From Gemmatimonadales bacterium (GTDB lineage Bacteria > Gemmatimonadota > Gemmatimonadetes > Gemmatimonadales > GWC2-71-9): DNA of 51,905 nt. A program made the position numbers and the translations under genes. The notes below the pieces were generated by a model. The model was given only the letters and a program-made list of their open reading frames with translations, was not told the origin of the DNA and did not search any database. Shown piece after piece: positions 51,100 to 51,905 of this stretch. Position 1 is the stretch's first letter, and the number at the start of each line of letters is the position of its first letter. The DNA is taken from assembly GCA_035311125.1 (NCBI GenBank), contig DATGDE010000064.1:1-51905 (forward strand), in the 5' to 3' direction.

Positions 51100-51905
51100 G
51101 CCGGAAACACCAGCGTGAAGGTGGCGCCGCCACCAGGGGTCTCCGCGGCCGCGATCGTGCCCTGATGGGCGTCCACCGTCTGGCGCACCAGGGCCAGGCC
51201 GAGCCCGGTGCCATCCGGTTTTGTCGTCATGTAGGGCTCGAACACCCGCCCGCGCAGCTCGGCGGGAATGCCGGGTCCGTGGTCGGCGACGGTGATCACC
51301 ACACCGCGGCCTTCACCCGTCACCCCCACGTCGATGGTGCCGTGGCCCGCCATCGCCTCGGCCGAGTTGCGGAGCAGGTTGCTGAAGGCGCGTCGCAGCG
51401 GATCATAGTGGCCCTGGATGGTGCGGCGCCCGCCGTTGGCGGTCACGTGGACTGCGACGCCCTCCGGGACCGCCGTCCGCCCCAGCTCCTCCAGCAGCTC
51501 CACCAGATCCACCTCGCTCGTGGGCCCCTCCAGGAGGCGCCCGAAGTCGGCGAACTCCCTGGCGAGCCGCTCCAGCCGATCGGTTTCCGCGGCCAACACC
51601 TCCCGCGCCACGGCCGTGCGCCCGTCAGCGGGGCCTCCCGCGTCGGCACGCTGGAGCTGGTCTACGGCGATACGCATCGAGGTGAGCGGATTCTTGATTT
51701 CGTGGGCTACGCGCCGCGCCACTTCGCGAAAAGCCCGGAGACGCTCCGCCTCGAGCTCCCGGCCACGGGCAGTATCCAGCGCTCCCGCCATGTCGCGCAG
51801 CGCGAGTCGTAACGAGGCGAACTCCGGCGCGCCGCGGGTCGGTGGGCCGGCGGGGAGCGACTCGTGCCGGCGAATCAGCCGCGTCCACCCCACCAGCTCG
51901 TCGAT
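51096..51905 (-). CDS. sensor histidine kinase, C-terminal part (N-terminus beyond right window edge)
   Basis: H-box VAHEIKNPLTSM, N-box NLLRNSAEAM, G1 DHGPGIP, G2 GTGLGLALV. The frame stays open to the window end. ATGA overlap with the regulator gene. Confidence 0.85.
   Translation of the reverse strand: MDELVGWTRLIRRHESLPAGPPTRGAPEFASLRLALRDMAGALDTARGRELEAERLRAFREVARRVAHEIKNPLTSMRIAVDQLQRADAGGPADGRTAVAREVLAAETDRLERLAREFADFGRLLEGPTSEVDLVELLEELGRTAVPEGVAVHVTANGGRRTIQGHYDPLRRAFSNLLRNSAEAMAGHGTIDVGVTGEGRGVVITVADHGPGIPAELRGRVFEPYMTTKPDGTGLGLALVRQTVDAHQGTIAAAETPGGGATFTLVFPA

Overview
High-GC (about 70% by eye) bacterial chromosomal window. It is gene-dense, with about 49 protein genes. I found no rRNA, tRNA, CRISPR array, IS element or integrase. 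Gene content (PorX-like REC-PglZ regulator, CBM9/DUF5916 outer-membrane protein, Omp85-type barrels, LPS-type glycosyltransferases) suggests a diderm, possibly a Gemmatimonadota/FCB-group relative, but that is a low-confidence inference. Many of the long track ORFs are off-frame or antisense shadows typical of high-GC DNA. Real genes were picked by recognisable family motifs, high third-position GC, and start/stop coupling. The track translates GTG starts as M (checked at 28 and 46390).

Layout:
1. 1-10898, minus strand: one very compact housekeeping super-operon, yebC-ruvC-ruvA-(Zn-ribbon ORF)-ruvB-queA-tgt-yajC-def-fmt-thiE-thiS-thiG-rsmB-PASTA-rpe. Most junctions are ATGA/GTGA overlaps.
2. 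11415-27248: an envelope glycoconjugate region. It holds GT9 heptosyltransferase, a PorX-like regulator, an MsbA-like exporter, GT2/GT4 enzymes including a tandem GT4 duplication, an EEP-family protein, and a 1017-aa secreted PLD-like protein. A DnaB C-terminal-domain-only ATPase sits in the GT9 operon.
3. 27268-38234, minus strand: a tightly coupled 7-gene operon. Its genes are a GH-GT2-membrane fusion, an ABC exporter, two APH-like kinases, a YdjC/ChbG-type deacetylase, an unassigned GT-like protein, and a CBM9/DUF5916 outer-membrane protein. This is my best candidate for an uncharacterised glycan or phospho-glycan synthesis and export system.
4. 38432-51905: a patatin-ferredoxin fusion, an orphan peptide-type permease plus class V aminotransferase, tyrS, mrcA, an amidohydrolase, an HNH endonuclease coupled to a Cys/His-rich protein, and an operon of histidine kinase, sigma-54 regulator, Omp85-like OMP and DUF4390.

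Sequence-level observations:
- A TAGCTT-like -10 hexamer recurs 6-10 nt upstream of the start codons of operon-first genes, which implies leaderless mRNAs.
- queA and rsmB appear to start at near-cognate codons (CTG, ATT) that overlap the preceding stop codons.
- The HNH gene is preceded by a promoter plus a terminator-like hairpin leader.

All calls rest on motif recognition by eye. No searches or computations were run.
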